Made by a program: the position numbers and the translations under genes. This document shows positions 11,564-24,570 of a stretch of DNA of 64,000 nucleotides, piece by piece. The stretch covers positions 5,084,001-5,148,000 of the forward strand of contig NC_043025.1 in assembly GCF_006345805.1 (NCBI RefSeq), read 5' to 3'. The first letter of the stretch is position 1, and the number at the start of each line of letters is the position of its first letter. The notes under the pieces are model-generated. The model was given only the letters and a program-made list of their open reading frames with translations. It was not told where the DNA came from and ran no database searches. The DNA is from Octopus sinensis. Its lineage: Eukaryota.

Positions 11564-13088
11564 TTAACCCTTTAGTGTTCAGATTATTCTGTTAAATGTA
11601 ATGCTTTTTTATTTAAATTGTTTAGAATTAATCATGCATTATCTCATAGTTTTGAGGTTTCAATGATGTGATTGTTTATTTTTAGAATGACATTGTAGGG
11701 TAGGTGTGAGAGACAGGATCTGGCCTTGTTTTGAATTAATCATGCATTATCTCATAGCTTTGAGATTTCAATGATGTGATTGTTTATTTTTAGAATGACA
11801 TTGTAGGGTAGGTGTGAGAGGCTGGATCTGGCCTTGTTTTGAATTAATCATGCATTATCTCATAGCTTTGAGATTTCAATGATGTGATTGTTTATTTTTA
11901 GAATGACATTGTAGGGTAGGTGTGAGAGGCTGGATCTGGCCTTGTTTTGAATTAATCATGCATTATTTCATAGCTTTGAGATTTCAATGATGGGGTTGTT
12001 TATTTTTAGAATGACATTGTAGGGTAGGTGTGAGAGGATGGATCTGGCCTTGTTTTGAATTAATCATGCATTATCTCATAGCTTTGAGATTTCAATGATG
12101 TGATTGTTTATTTTTAGAATGACATTGTAGGGTAGCTGTGAGAGGCTGGATCTGGCCTTGTTTTGAATTAATCATGCATTACCTTATAGCTTTGAGATTT
12201 CAATGATGTGATTGTTTATTTTAAGAATGACATTGTAGGGTAGGTGTGAGAGGCTGGATCTGGCCTTGTTTTGAATTAATCATGCATTATCTCATAGCTT
12301 TGAGATTTCAATGATGTGATTGTTTATTTTTAGAATGACATTGTAGGGTAGGTGTGAGAGGCTGGATCTGGCCTTGTTTTGAATTAATCATGCATTATCT
12401 CATAGCTTTAAGATTCCAATGATGTGATTGTTTTTATTTTTAGAATGACATTGTTGGGTAGGTGTGAGAGGCTGGATCTGGCCTTGTTTTGAATTAATCA
12501 TGCATTATCTCATAGCTTTGAGATTTCAATGATGTGATTGTTTATTTTTAGAATGACATTGTAGGGTAGGTGTGAGAGGCTGGATCTGGCCTTGTTTTGA
12601 ATTAATCCTGCATTATCTCATAGCTTTGAGGTTTCAATGATGTGATTGTTTATTTTTAGAATGACATTGTAGGGTAGGTGTGAGAGGCTGGATCTGGCCT
12701 TGTTTTGAATTAATCATGCATTATCTCATAGCTTTGAGATTTCAATGATGTGATTGTTTATTTTTAGAATGACATTGTAGGGTAGGTGTGAGAGGCTGGA
12801 TCTGGCCTCTTATTGAATTAATCCTGCATTATCTCATAGCTTTGAGGTTTCAATGATGTGATTGTTTATTTTTAGAATGACATTGTAGGGTAGGTGTGAG
12901 AGGCTGGATCTGGCCTTGTTTTGAATTAATCATGCATTATCTCATAGCTTTGAGATCTCAATGATGTGATTGTTATTTTTAGAATGACATTGTCGGGTAG
13001 GTGCGAGAGGCTAGATATGGCCAGTTTGAATATAAAACATGTAGAATATTTGGACCGGATATGGCTGGTTTGAACACTAAAGGGTTAA
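11564..13088. mobile_element. piggyBac-like MITE (TTAA-CCCTTTAGTGTTC...GAACACTAAAGGG-TTAA) with an internal 13 x 108-bp tandem array
   Basis: Perfect 13-bp TIRs flanked by TTAA; units start at 11625, 11733, 11841 ... 12923. Confidence 0.88.
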
Positions 13089-13182
13089 ACCTGCTAAAAT
13101 AATATTCAAAATGGTTTATATGATCAGAAAATATAATTTCAAAATGTTCGCTAAGTTAGCTATTGGCCGGTAAAGGTTTTAG

Positions 13183-13515
13183 TTGCCAATACTGCATCCT
13201 TCAAAACTTCCATACTTCCTGAGATTTGCCAACACTACACTTGATTATCTCCCCTCCATACATACGCTGAAGCATGGAACAAACTGCCGGCATCAGTTGT
13301 TAGTTGTCGGAGCACTGCATTTTTCAAAACTTCCATGCTTCCTGAGATTCGCCAACACTACACCTGATTTTTCTCCCCTCCATACACACACAAGCATGTA
13401 TCTGACTCATACATTGTTCGCTTTCCAGACATTTCTACATTACTGCATATGCTTTATATGCACTTTCTGACAAGTTGTGGTGCACTTGAGCACTGTATAC
13501 AATAATTTCATAATT
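13183..13515 (+). mobile_element. CR1-clade LINE 3' fragment
   Basis: Encodes AWNKLPASVVSCRSTAFFKTSMLPEIRQHYT*, typical of a CR1 ORF2 C-terminus; internal duplication. Confidence 0.65.
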
Positions 13516-13693
13516 ATAAGACATTGTAGATCTTTAGCTGGGCTAAAGAGTCACATTCGATCAGAGCACCAGTAACAGTTAAGCTTCGTGCAATGGCCAT
13601 ACTCGATAACGAGGGGGGCAGCCATAATTATGCACATGAAAAAAGAAAGAAAGAAGGAAAGAAAGAGACTAAGAAGTCAAGATGCAAACTTAC

Positions 13694-14431
13694 TTTTTTT
13701 CGGTGAAATAGCTTTCAGAGCTAAAATATTAGATTCGTCAGCGCACCAAGCATGCATTTTCCGATACGATTCGCGGCCTTTTTCTGTCAGTTTATCCCAA
13801 GATTTCGGTTTGGAGAGCAGCTCACTGACCGTTCCCTGAGACAACCCAAGAACTTCTTTGGCGAAGAGTCTCTGACCAATGTTGTGCATACTTAGCACCT
13901 CACGAATTGTCTTGGCAACCCCACTAGTGTCCAGAGTTTGGTTTTTGCCATTGGAGGAGTTTGCAGTGGCACCGACACCTTGCTCCTGTTTCACGACCAC
14001 CGACGGAGGCATGTAGTGGTGGTGGTGGTGGTGGTGTGAGGTGGGCGAGTGTCCGTTGCCGTAGCTGAGAAACTGCTGCGAAGACTGCTGTGACGACGAC
14101 TGCGATGACTGCGATGATTGCGATGACGATGACGAAGACGATGGCGGTGGCATTTGACAGTTTGTGGTGGTGGTGGTGGTGGTGGTGGCGGGTGGAGGGG
14201 AGAACGGGACGTGATTGGATGTGTTGCTGTTGTTGTTGTGTGGGGACGGGGGAGGTGGGTGGTTTTCAACGGGTAGAGGAGGAGGAGGTGGAGGTAGTCC
14301 GTTACTTGTTGGGGTGCTCGGATTACCGGGGCCAGACGAGTTGTGCTGTTGGTGAGACGTAACTGATTGCTCCCCTAGCATTGTAGAAAATGCTTCTGTA
14401 TTGGCAAGAGTATTTGAATTGGTATTGTTGA
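13694..14431 (-). CDS. CUX1: CUX exon (738 nt): low-complexity P/T/S/H linker plus CUT repeat 1 (about 13700-13934)
   Basis: Acceptor tttttctccgtcacag, donor gtaagt, phase 1 to 1. Encodes [63 protein letters not shown], the protostome Cut repeat-1 signature. Confidence 0.96.
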
Positions 14432-17400
14432 CTGTGACGGAGAAAAACAGAGAAGAATTAATTAATTAAGTTATTAAGATATAATTATACACAGTATTTA
14501 ATTAGGTCAATGGTCCTTAAATGGGGTCCATGCAACCAAATACTAAAATGGGGATCCACAATAATAATTTAAGGGCCCCTGGAAAATATTTTGCTTTAGA
14601 TGATTGGTTTTGTATTGCAAGAAACATCTGGATTGCTTTCTTTAACATTTTTACATAGTTCAACCTACACAAGTTAATGTGTGGAAAACAAAATAGGAAT
14701 TTTGAAAGAAGTTTCTATAAAACTAGTTTTTAAACATCAAATAGTAATCAAAGGGATCCATAGATAAGAAATGGTTAGAGAACCCCAGCTTTAGATGTAT
14801 GTATTGGTCATGTATTGCAAAAAACATTTAGATTTCTTTCTAATGTGTGAGAAACAAATTAGGAATTTGGGAAGAAGTTTCTATAAAACTAGTTTTTAAA
14901 CATCAAATAGTAATCAAAGGGATCCATAGATAAGAAATGGTTAGAGAACCCCAGCTTTAGATGTATGTATTGGTCATGTATTGCAAAAAACATTTAGATT
15001 TCTTTCTAATGTGTGAGAAACAAATTATGAATTTGGAAAGAAGTTTCTATAAAACTAGTTTTTAAACATCAAATAGTAATCAAAGGGATCCATAGATAAG
15101 AAATGGTTAGAGAACCCCAGCTTTAGATGTATGTATTGGTCATGTATTGCAAAAAACATTTAGATTTCTTTCTAATGTGTGAGAAACAAATTAGGAATTT
15201 GGAAAGAAGTTTCTATAAAACTAGTTTTTAAACATCGAATGGCTATAGGGGCCACTAGAATGAAATAGTAATCAAAGGGGGTTCATAGATAAGAAATGGT
15301 TGAGAACCCCTGCTTTAGATGTATGTATTGGTTATGTATTGCAAGAAAGAGCTAGGTTTCTTTCTCTAACATTTTACATTGTTCAACCTACACAAGTTAA
15401 TGTGTGTAAAACAAAATAGGAATTTTGAAAGACGTTTCTATGAAACTAGTTTTTAGACATCAAATGGGGGTCTACCAGAATAAAATAGTAATCAAAGGGG
15501 TTCATAGATGGTTGAGAACCTCTGAGTTGGGGTAATCTCTATGTTACCAAATTTACTGTTAAAATACAATGACTTTGTTTTAATTAACTTTGGTAATAAT
15601 GAAGAATTTAATAAAATAACTTTATCCTTATTAAACTGGATTAAAGTGGCGAGCTGGCTGAATGATTAGAATCCTGGGGTAAAATGCTTAGAGGCATTTC
15701 GTCCAAAGATGGGAAAGAGATGTCAGCAGGCAACTACAGAAAATCGAACCTGATACCTCTAAGATACCAGCTGGGAGCTCTGAACCATTAAGCTAAGCTG
15801 TCACAAATACACACACACATACATACACGTATGACAGGCTTTGATACAGTTTCCATTTAGAAAGCCTACTCAGACGGCTTTGTGGTGCCACACAAGGAGA
15901 GCAGGTGGCTGGAAGCAAACTCCTTAACCACACAGCTATTTCTGAACCTATGATGATGATGATGAGGAGGAAGAGGATCTTCATCATCATCATCATCATG
16001 TATATGGCACTCGAGCCCCGTGCTAGTAGGGTGTTAAGAGCACCATCCGAGCGTGATCGTTGCCAGAGCGGCTAACTGGCTTCCATGCCAGTGGCACGTA
16101 AAAGGGCACCATTCGAGCGTGATCGTTACCAGCATCGCCTTACTGGCACCTGTGCCAGTGGCATGTGTAAAAGATTCGAAAGAGGTCGTTGCCAGTACCG
16201 CCTGACTGGCCCTGTACCGGTGGCACGTAAAAAGTACCCACTACACTCTCGGAGTGGTTGGCGTTAGGAAGGGCATCCAGCTGTAGAAACTTTACCAGAT
16301 CAAGATTGAAGCCTTGTGCAGCCATCTGGTTCACCAGCCCTCAGTCAAACCGTCCAACCCATGCTAGCATGGAAAGCGGACGTTAAACGATGATGATGAT
16401 GATATAAATACACGGAACAGACTGAATCTTCCATGCTGGCAAGGGTTGGACGGTTTGACAGGAGCTGGCCAGGCAGAAGCCTATACCAGGCTACTGTGTC
16501 TGTTTTCAGAGCATCCACCATCTGCTGACCAAATCTGTGGCTGGTGCAAAGCCCCAGCTAGGCCAAGGGCGACATGACGTGTATTATAGACTAGCAGCAT
16601 AGCCCGGCATTGCCCGGGTATGTAAGAGCCCCTGGAGCAGACATGATGCTCGCTGTGAATTTAAAAAAAATTCCTGCCAATTTGTTAAAGATATTGTCGA
16701 AAATATGTCATCTTGAATTTGAACGCGATTTCCAAAAATGGCATGATTTTATCGATTTTTTCTGATGGTAAGGTATTGCATGGAAAACTAACATCAGAAT
16801 TAAGTTTCTTAGGGTAACATTAAGCTTCACCATGAGTTTGGTGAAAATCGATTGTAAGTTGCGAAAACTACAACAGAAAATGTGTTGCAAATAAAAAGCT
16901 TAGATTCTCGACCCATGTCGAATTTATCGATTTTTTTCAGAACTGGGGGAACTTTTCAAAATTTTCACTGCGTTGGTTTTGAATTATGACATTGGGCTAT
17001 GTGTGTGTCAAGTTTCATCAGAATCGGTTGAAAGCCGTGGTCAGGGCGAGGGTACAACCTGACAGACACACAGACAGACAAACTGCCGTTTATATAGAGA
17101 GAGATATAAAAGTGTGACTCACCGGAATTTTCAGATTCTGTTAAATTTAATGGCTGTGAGTCAGAATCTTGCTGCTGCGTTGGTGTGGACCTATGTTCAC
17201 TTTTGGCTTTGTCCAGCAACAACAACATCTCGAGAGACCTTTCAGACGTTGGAGACGATGACTCTTCATCGTCACACAGCTCGGTGAACTCAGAGGACTT
17301 CATTGAACTGGAAAGAGAAGAGAGAGACAGTCAATAGGGTGGTGGTGGTGGTGGCAATGGGTGATTGTGTTGGTGGTGGTAGTGATGGAGGTGGTGGTGG

Positions 17401-17907
17401 TGGTGGAGGTGGCGGTGATGGTGGAGGTGGCAGTGATGGTGGAGGTGGTGGTGATGGTGGAGGTGGCGGTGATAGTGGAGGTGGCGGTGATGGAGGTGGT
17501 GGTGGATGTGGTGGTGATGGTGGAGGTGGTGGTGATGGTGGAGGTGATGGTGGAGGTGGCGGTGATGGTGTAGGTGGCGGTGGAGGTGGTGGTGATGGTG
17601 GAGGTGGCAGTGCTGCTGGTGATGATGACAATGGTGAAGATGAAGTGGAATCTGGTAGGGGAAGAAAGAGGTGAGGGGAAAAAAAGAGGAAGTGGTTGAG
17701 ATAACAGAGGAGCAAAGAGTCTGGGAAATGTTTCTGGTGAAATTTCCTAGAACTAGCTGGAGAGAGCGGGAAGTCTGGACACAAAAGGGGCTTTGGCAAG
17801 AAATAAGTAGGGCTGTCGAGCCAGGAATGGATGTGTGTGTGTGTGAGAGAGGAGAGAGAGGAGAGAGAGAGAGAGAGAGAGAGAAAGAAAGATAGATGAG
17901 AGAGAGG

Positions 17908-17949
<42 letters not shown>

Positions 17950-19393
17950 TAGATGAGAGAGATAGAAAGCAAAGGATTTGTAAAAGGATCGTGGAGGTGG
18001 ACGAAGGCAAAACCTGCAGAGATGTGCCAGAATGAAAGGGTGGGGCTCAAAGACACAACAGACACACATAAAAGTTTACACACACACACACACAAACAAA
18101 CATACAGATGCGTGACATCTTGGGCAAGTGTCTTCTGCTATAGCCCCGGGCTGACCAATGCCTTGTGAGTGGATTTGGTAGACAGAAACTAAAAGAAGCC
18201 TGTCGTGTATATGTATATATATATATGTATGCATGTGTGTGTTTGTGTGTCTGTGTTTGTCCCCCTAGCATTGCTTGACAACCGTTGCTGGTGTGTTTAC
18301 ATCCCCGTCACTTAGCGGTTCGGCAAAAGAGACCGATAGAATAAGTTACTGGGCTTCCAAAGAATAAGTCCCGGGGTCGATTTGCTCGACTAAAGGCGGT
18401 GCTCCAGCATGGCCGCAGTCAAATGACTGAAACAAGTAAAAGAGTGAAAGAGTAGAAGAGTAAAAGAGTATACATATTCACACATTGGCTCATGCATATA
18501 TACACTCATGCAGATCAACATAACACAGTTCACACACATAAATGCACAACAGTATGAGACTTACCTGAGGTTTTGCTGTAACTCTTCAAATTCTTCCTTT
18601 GATTTCAACTTGAGTTCCAGGAGATGGAAGGCCTTGTTCTTCCTGCTGATGGCCAACTCTAGCTTGGAGATCTTTAGTAAGGAGAAACATAAAGGTTTAG
18701 CAACAGAACACAACACACACACACATATATATATATGGCACATAAAAAGCACCCACTACACTCACCGAGTGGTTGGCGTTAGGAAGGGCATCCAGCAGTA
18801 GAAACACTGCCAGATCAGACTGGGCCTGATGAAGCTTTCCGTCTTCCCAGACCCCAGTTGAACCGTCCAACCCATGCTAGCATGGAAAGTGGACGCTAAA
18901 TGATGAAGATGATATATATATATATATATACATAACACACACATTCTCATCCTCATCATCATTCAATGCCCCCTTCTCCATACTGGAATGAGTTGGGTTA
19001 CTTGGAAGGATCCAATGGGTCCAAGGAATGCATTAGGCCCCAACGTCTGCTCCAGCATGGTTTCTATGGCTGGACGACGTCCCTAATGCCAACCACTTAA
19101 CTGTGGGTACTAAATGCTTTTCTCATGCCCCAGCACAAATGAGGTTGCCATACAGGTCACAGGCCTATGAAACCTGAGGGGAGGGGCCTTATGCTAGCAT
19201 ATGCATGTACATGCATGTTATACATATACAGTTATATATATATATATCACTCTGAGTGGTTGTTGTCATGAAGGGCATCCAGCTGTAAAAACCCTGCCAA
19301 AACAGACACAGTAAACCTGGGGTAGTCTTCTACTTGGTTGGCTCTTGTCAACCCGTCCTGCCCACACATGCATGGAAGATGGACATCAAACGA

Positions 19394-19443
<50 letters not shown>

Positions 19444-19872
19444 GTGGAGGCGCAATGGCCTAGTGGTTAGGGCAGCAGACTCGCAGTCGCAGGATCGTGG
19501 TTTCGATTCCCAGATCGGGCATTGTGAGTGTTTATTGAGCGAAAACACCTAAAAGCTCCACGAGGCTCTGGCAGGGAGTGGTGATCCCTGTTGTACTCTT
19601 TCACCACTCTTTCTTCTGTTGGCCTGCTCGCTTAGCCAGCGGGGTGGCGTCATTTGAAGGCTAAAACAATGCGAATGCATTGTGACCAGCGATGTGTAAC
19701 AACATCTGATGGTCTGGTCGGTCACATGATCACGTGATATATATATATATACATATATCTGAGTGTGTATGATGATGTATAGAAGAATATATTAATCAAT
19801 GAAATTCCAGCTTAGTCTGATTTTCACGTTTTATTATTTGCAATTTTTACAATTTTACAATATTGAAATATG

Positions 19873-19918
<46 letters not shown>

Positions 19919-22900
19919 TGTGATAAAACTAGAACTTTCATGTGTTACACAATCATCAGACTGATGTAGTGACAGTCGTGTGCGTATAAAGGTATTATAT
20001 ACATATATATATATATGAATGTATATATATATACACACACATATAATATTCTTATACGCACACACACACAGAGGCCCACAGCTCTTCAATATCTTCCCGA
20101 AGAACCTGAGAGACCTGCATGGGGTTGATGCAGATGTCTTTAAAATAAAACTTGATCTCTTCCTGTCAGGTGTCCCGGATGAACCAACTTCACGGCAGGA
20201 GGTGCAGATGAGGGCAACTGCATCGAACTCTCTCATGCACCAAATGGCAATTGCTAAAAAGCATTCGTGAAGTAAAATCATGTAGCAACACCGAATGGCG
20301 GTGCTCCAGCATGGCCACAGCTCATGAGCTGAAACTACGGTCATTCGGAATGTTCACAGCAGCCATATTCCTATCACTCTATGTCACGCTGGTGAGACCC
20401 ATATTGGAGTATGGGATTCAAGCCTCTTCTCCTTATCTCCTCAAAGACATACAGCATCTCGAAAGAGTCCAGAAGCTGGCTACCCGCATGGTTCATGGTC
20501 TCAAAAATTTGTCCTACGAAGAAAGGCTGAGGACGCTTGACCTTTATTCTCTTGAAAAACGCCGCCGCCGTAGTGATCTCATTCTCGCCCACAACATCAT
20601 AAGCGGAAAGTGTAACCTCTCGAAAGAGCTGTTCTTCACTCCTGCTCCAGAGCGTCGGCTGTGGGGTCATTCCGAAAAGCTCTACCTGCGACGATTTCAT
20701 CTCAATCGAAGGAGAGGAGCTTTCTCCGTCCGGGTTGCGGATCCGTGGAACAAGCTGCCAGACGAGATGGTGAAGATGCCGACGACCGCTTTGTTCAAAG
20801 CCTCCCTGGACCTCAAGTGGCCTGAACTCTTTACATGAACACCACCCTGTACTTAACTCCATGTCCCCCTACATGGCCTTGCTATTTGCTTTTGAGCCAA
20901 ATTAACTAACTAACTAACTAACTAACTAAAATAAAAAAAATAAAGTAAAAAATAATACATATATACTTACTCGAGCTGACGTTGATTCTTGTAAGCTGCT
21001 ATATGTAGCTTGTAGTTTCTGTATATCTTCCACAAGTTGACTTATCTGTAATACAGAAAGAGATAGAAATGAATGAATGACAAAACCCGCAGACACACAG
21101 ACACATGCGGTGTAGAAGCAAGCTTCTTAACCGCACAGCTAGGCTCACACTTATACATTATCAACCATAGTCAAATGTCTGCTACTTCCATGCTTGCAGG
21201 GGTCGGACGGAATTTGTTGAGGCAAATTTTCTGCAGCTGGACGCTCTTCCTGTCATCAACACTCGCCTGGTTCCATGGCTTAAACATGTTCTTGCAAAAC
21301 GGTGGGCATAAACGAGGCAAACCATTCAAGGAGTGGCTGTGTGGTAAGTACCTTGCTAACCAACCACATGGTTCCGGGTTCAGTCCCACTGCGTGGCATC
21401 TTGGGCAAGTGTCTTCTGCTATAGTCCAGGGCCGACCAATGCCTTGTGAGTGGATTTGGTAGACGGAAACTGAAAGAAGCCTGTCGTATATATGTATATA
21501 TATGTATGTGTGTGTGTTTGTGTGTCTGTGTTTGTCCCCCTAGCATTGCTTGACAACCGATGCTGGTGTGTTTATGTCCCCGTCACTTAGCGGTTCAGCA
21601 GAAAGAGACCAATAGAATAAGTACTGGGCTTACAAAAAGAATAAGACCCGGGATCGAGTTACTCGACTAAAGGCAGTGCTCCAGCATGGCCGCAGTCAAA
21701 TGACTGAAACAAGTAAAGAGAGAGTAATGTCAAGCCAAAGAAGACACAAACATACACACACTCGTAGGCACACACTGTGCGATGACGTCAGCAGCTGGGG
21801 AGCTGTCCGGAACTTGGGGGCTCACCGGAAGGGGCAGCAGTGACACGCACGTAGCGAGGGCAGCATCCTGCCTTTTCGAGGCAGGTCGCCGAGCGGGTAA
21901 GATGGTGTCGGCACGTTGTTAAGGTTGGGGAGAAGCAGCTGCTATTTCTAGCGTTTGGGTCGGGCTGTGTTGAAGGATCAGCTACCGCTGAAGGGTCTCC
22001 ATCTGAGCAAAGAGAAGGTAGGGGCCTTTATTTCAAATCTCTCGCATACACCACACAAGCCAAGGAAGACACACACATACGCACACATACATACATAAAT
22101 GTAAAGAAATATTTCGAATCCAGGCAGGAATCTTAGAAGCTCTCAAGTATAACCCATGTTCTGGCTAACCACATTGAAAGATGGTGGCGACCCCTGTTGT
22201 ACTCTTTCGCCACAGCTATCTCTCACTCTCTCTCCCTGTTTCTTGAGTAACGCTGCAATGGACTGGCGTCCCGTCCAGCTGGGGGGAACACATATGCCAC
22301 AGAAACTGGGAAACCGGGCCCATGAGCCTGTCTAGGCGTGAAAAGGGCGCATAAGTAAAAATATATATATATACATATATGTATATATATATATATGTGT
22401 GTGTATGTGTCTGTATATATATATATATATTATATATATGGTGACCCCCTTCGGTCAGACACTGACCATGGGTTTGCACTTAGAGAGTTACCCTCTGAGG
22501 CACAAGTCTGGGCAAGGTTGTTTTATGGAAGACCAGCAGTCGCCCATGCATACCGGCCTCCCCTCTCCACGCCACCGATGTTGTCCAAGGGAAAGGCAAA
22601 GGGGCCGATACAGCTTGGCACCGGTGACGTCGCAACTCATTTCTACAGCTGAGTGAACTGGAGCAACGTGAAATAAAGTGTCTTGCTCAAGAACACAACA
22701 CGCAGCCCGGTCCGGGATTCGAGCTCACAACCTCACGATCATAAGCTTGACGCTCTAACTATATATATATATATATATATATAGGAAAGAGGGTTTGAAA
22801 ATGCTGAGGTCTTTTAAAGGTGTTTATTAACTTGACCGGTTTCACACGCACACGAGGGGATGCTGAGAAGTTCCTGGAAGTAAGGGGGTTGCGAAAGGCC

Positions 22901-23049
22901 TGGTTGGAGGCTAAATCTTCCAAGTTCTTTTGCAGGGCTTAGAAAAACAAACGACTGTCACAGTGTGTGAATCTGAGAGGGGAATAAAATCCTAACTGAT
23001 CCATTTGTATTTTCTTTTACCCAAAGTCAGGAACCTGTCAACACCCCTT

Positions 23050-23093
<44 letters not shown>

Positions 23094-23290
23094 TATATAT
23101 ATACACAACACACATATATATATATATATATATATACACATACACACACATATATATATACACATACACACATATATATATATACACTACACACATTATA
23201 TATATATACACATACACACATATATAATATATAATACACATACACACACATATATATATATATTATATACACATACACACACATATATAT

Positions 23291-23358
<68 letters not shown>

Positions 23359-24166
23359 TATATGTGTAATGTCAGTGTACTACTCGACAGAGCGTTAGTA
23401 CCTTGAGAGAAATGTTGTACCTAAGAAGCATCAGTTGTGGTGTGCAAGAGAGACGATTGCGCTGGTATGGTCATGTGGCGAGAATGGATGAAGATAGGTG
23501 TGTGAGAAAGTGCCAATCCCTAGCAGTTGAGGGAACCCGTAGAAGAGGTAGACCTAGGAAAACCTGGGACGAGGTGGTGAAGCACGACCTTCGAACTTTA
23601 GGCCTCACTGAGGAAATGACCTGCGACCGAGACCTTTGGAAATATGCTGTACGTGAGAAGACCAGGCAGGACAAGTGAGCCCAGCCCACTTATGAATGCC
23701 TTTCCTCCCTTGGGCACAAAGACCTGTTGAGGCAAGCGAAGTCGATATAGAACCTCATCCTACGACAGGCACCCATGCCAACCCCCTTTGCTTGCGAAGA
23801 CATGTTGGGGAAATCGAATTGAACCAGCCAGGATCCCTGGTCTGGTGGTACGTAAAAAGCACTATCCGACTCGTGGCCGATGCTAGCGCCGCCTCGACTG
23901 GCTTCCGTGCCGGTGGCACGTAAAATACACCAATCCGACCATGGCCGTTGCCAGCCTCGCTTGGCACCTGTGCAGGTGGCACGTAAAAAGCACCCACTAC
24001 ACTCGGAGTGGTGGAGTGGTTGGCGTAGGAAGACATCCAGCTGTAGAAACACTGCCAGATCAGATGGAGCCTGGTGGAGCCTTATGGCTTCCCGGATTCC
24101 CGGTCGAACCGTCCAACCCATGCTAGCATGGAGAACGGACGTTAAACGATGATGATGATGATGATG

Positions 24167-24201
<35 letters not shown>

Positions 24202-24501
24202 TATATATACACACACACACATATATACACACACACATATATATATACACACACACACATATATATATACACACACACACATATATATACACATACACAC
24301 GTACATAATAGAGACAGATACCCCAATACATGATGTAATAACGTATACGAGTGGTAGCTATAAAGCCAAGATGAAAATGTGTTCAGTCAAAAGTTATCTC
24401 CCCTAGATCCGATACTTCGTAGCTGATCTTTGCTTGGTGACGACAACTTCATGTGCTGAGGCACGCGTAGAACAAGATATATCATCCATACAGGTGATAT
24501 A

Positions 24502-24570
<69 letters not shown>

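Noticed and set aside
13677-13693. ORF read-through KKSKFAS* as the true C-terminus
   Set aside because: A consensus gtaagt donor at 13688-13693 explains it; CUX proteins continue to further CUT repeats and a homeodomain.
17290-18095. Gly-, Pro- and His-rich ORFs
   Set aside because: Produced by (GGT)n and (GA)n simple repeats in an intron.
21780-22003. GC-rich segment behind a good-looking acceptor (ccttctctttgctcag)
   Set aside because: The phase-0 frame required between the flanking exons stops after six codons; the 75-nt exon at 20971-21045 already completes the protein. Likely a TE remnant.
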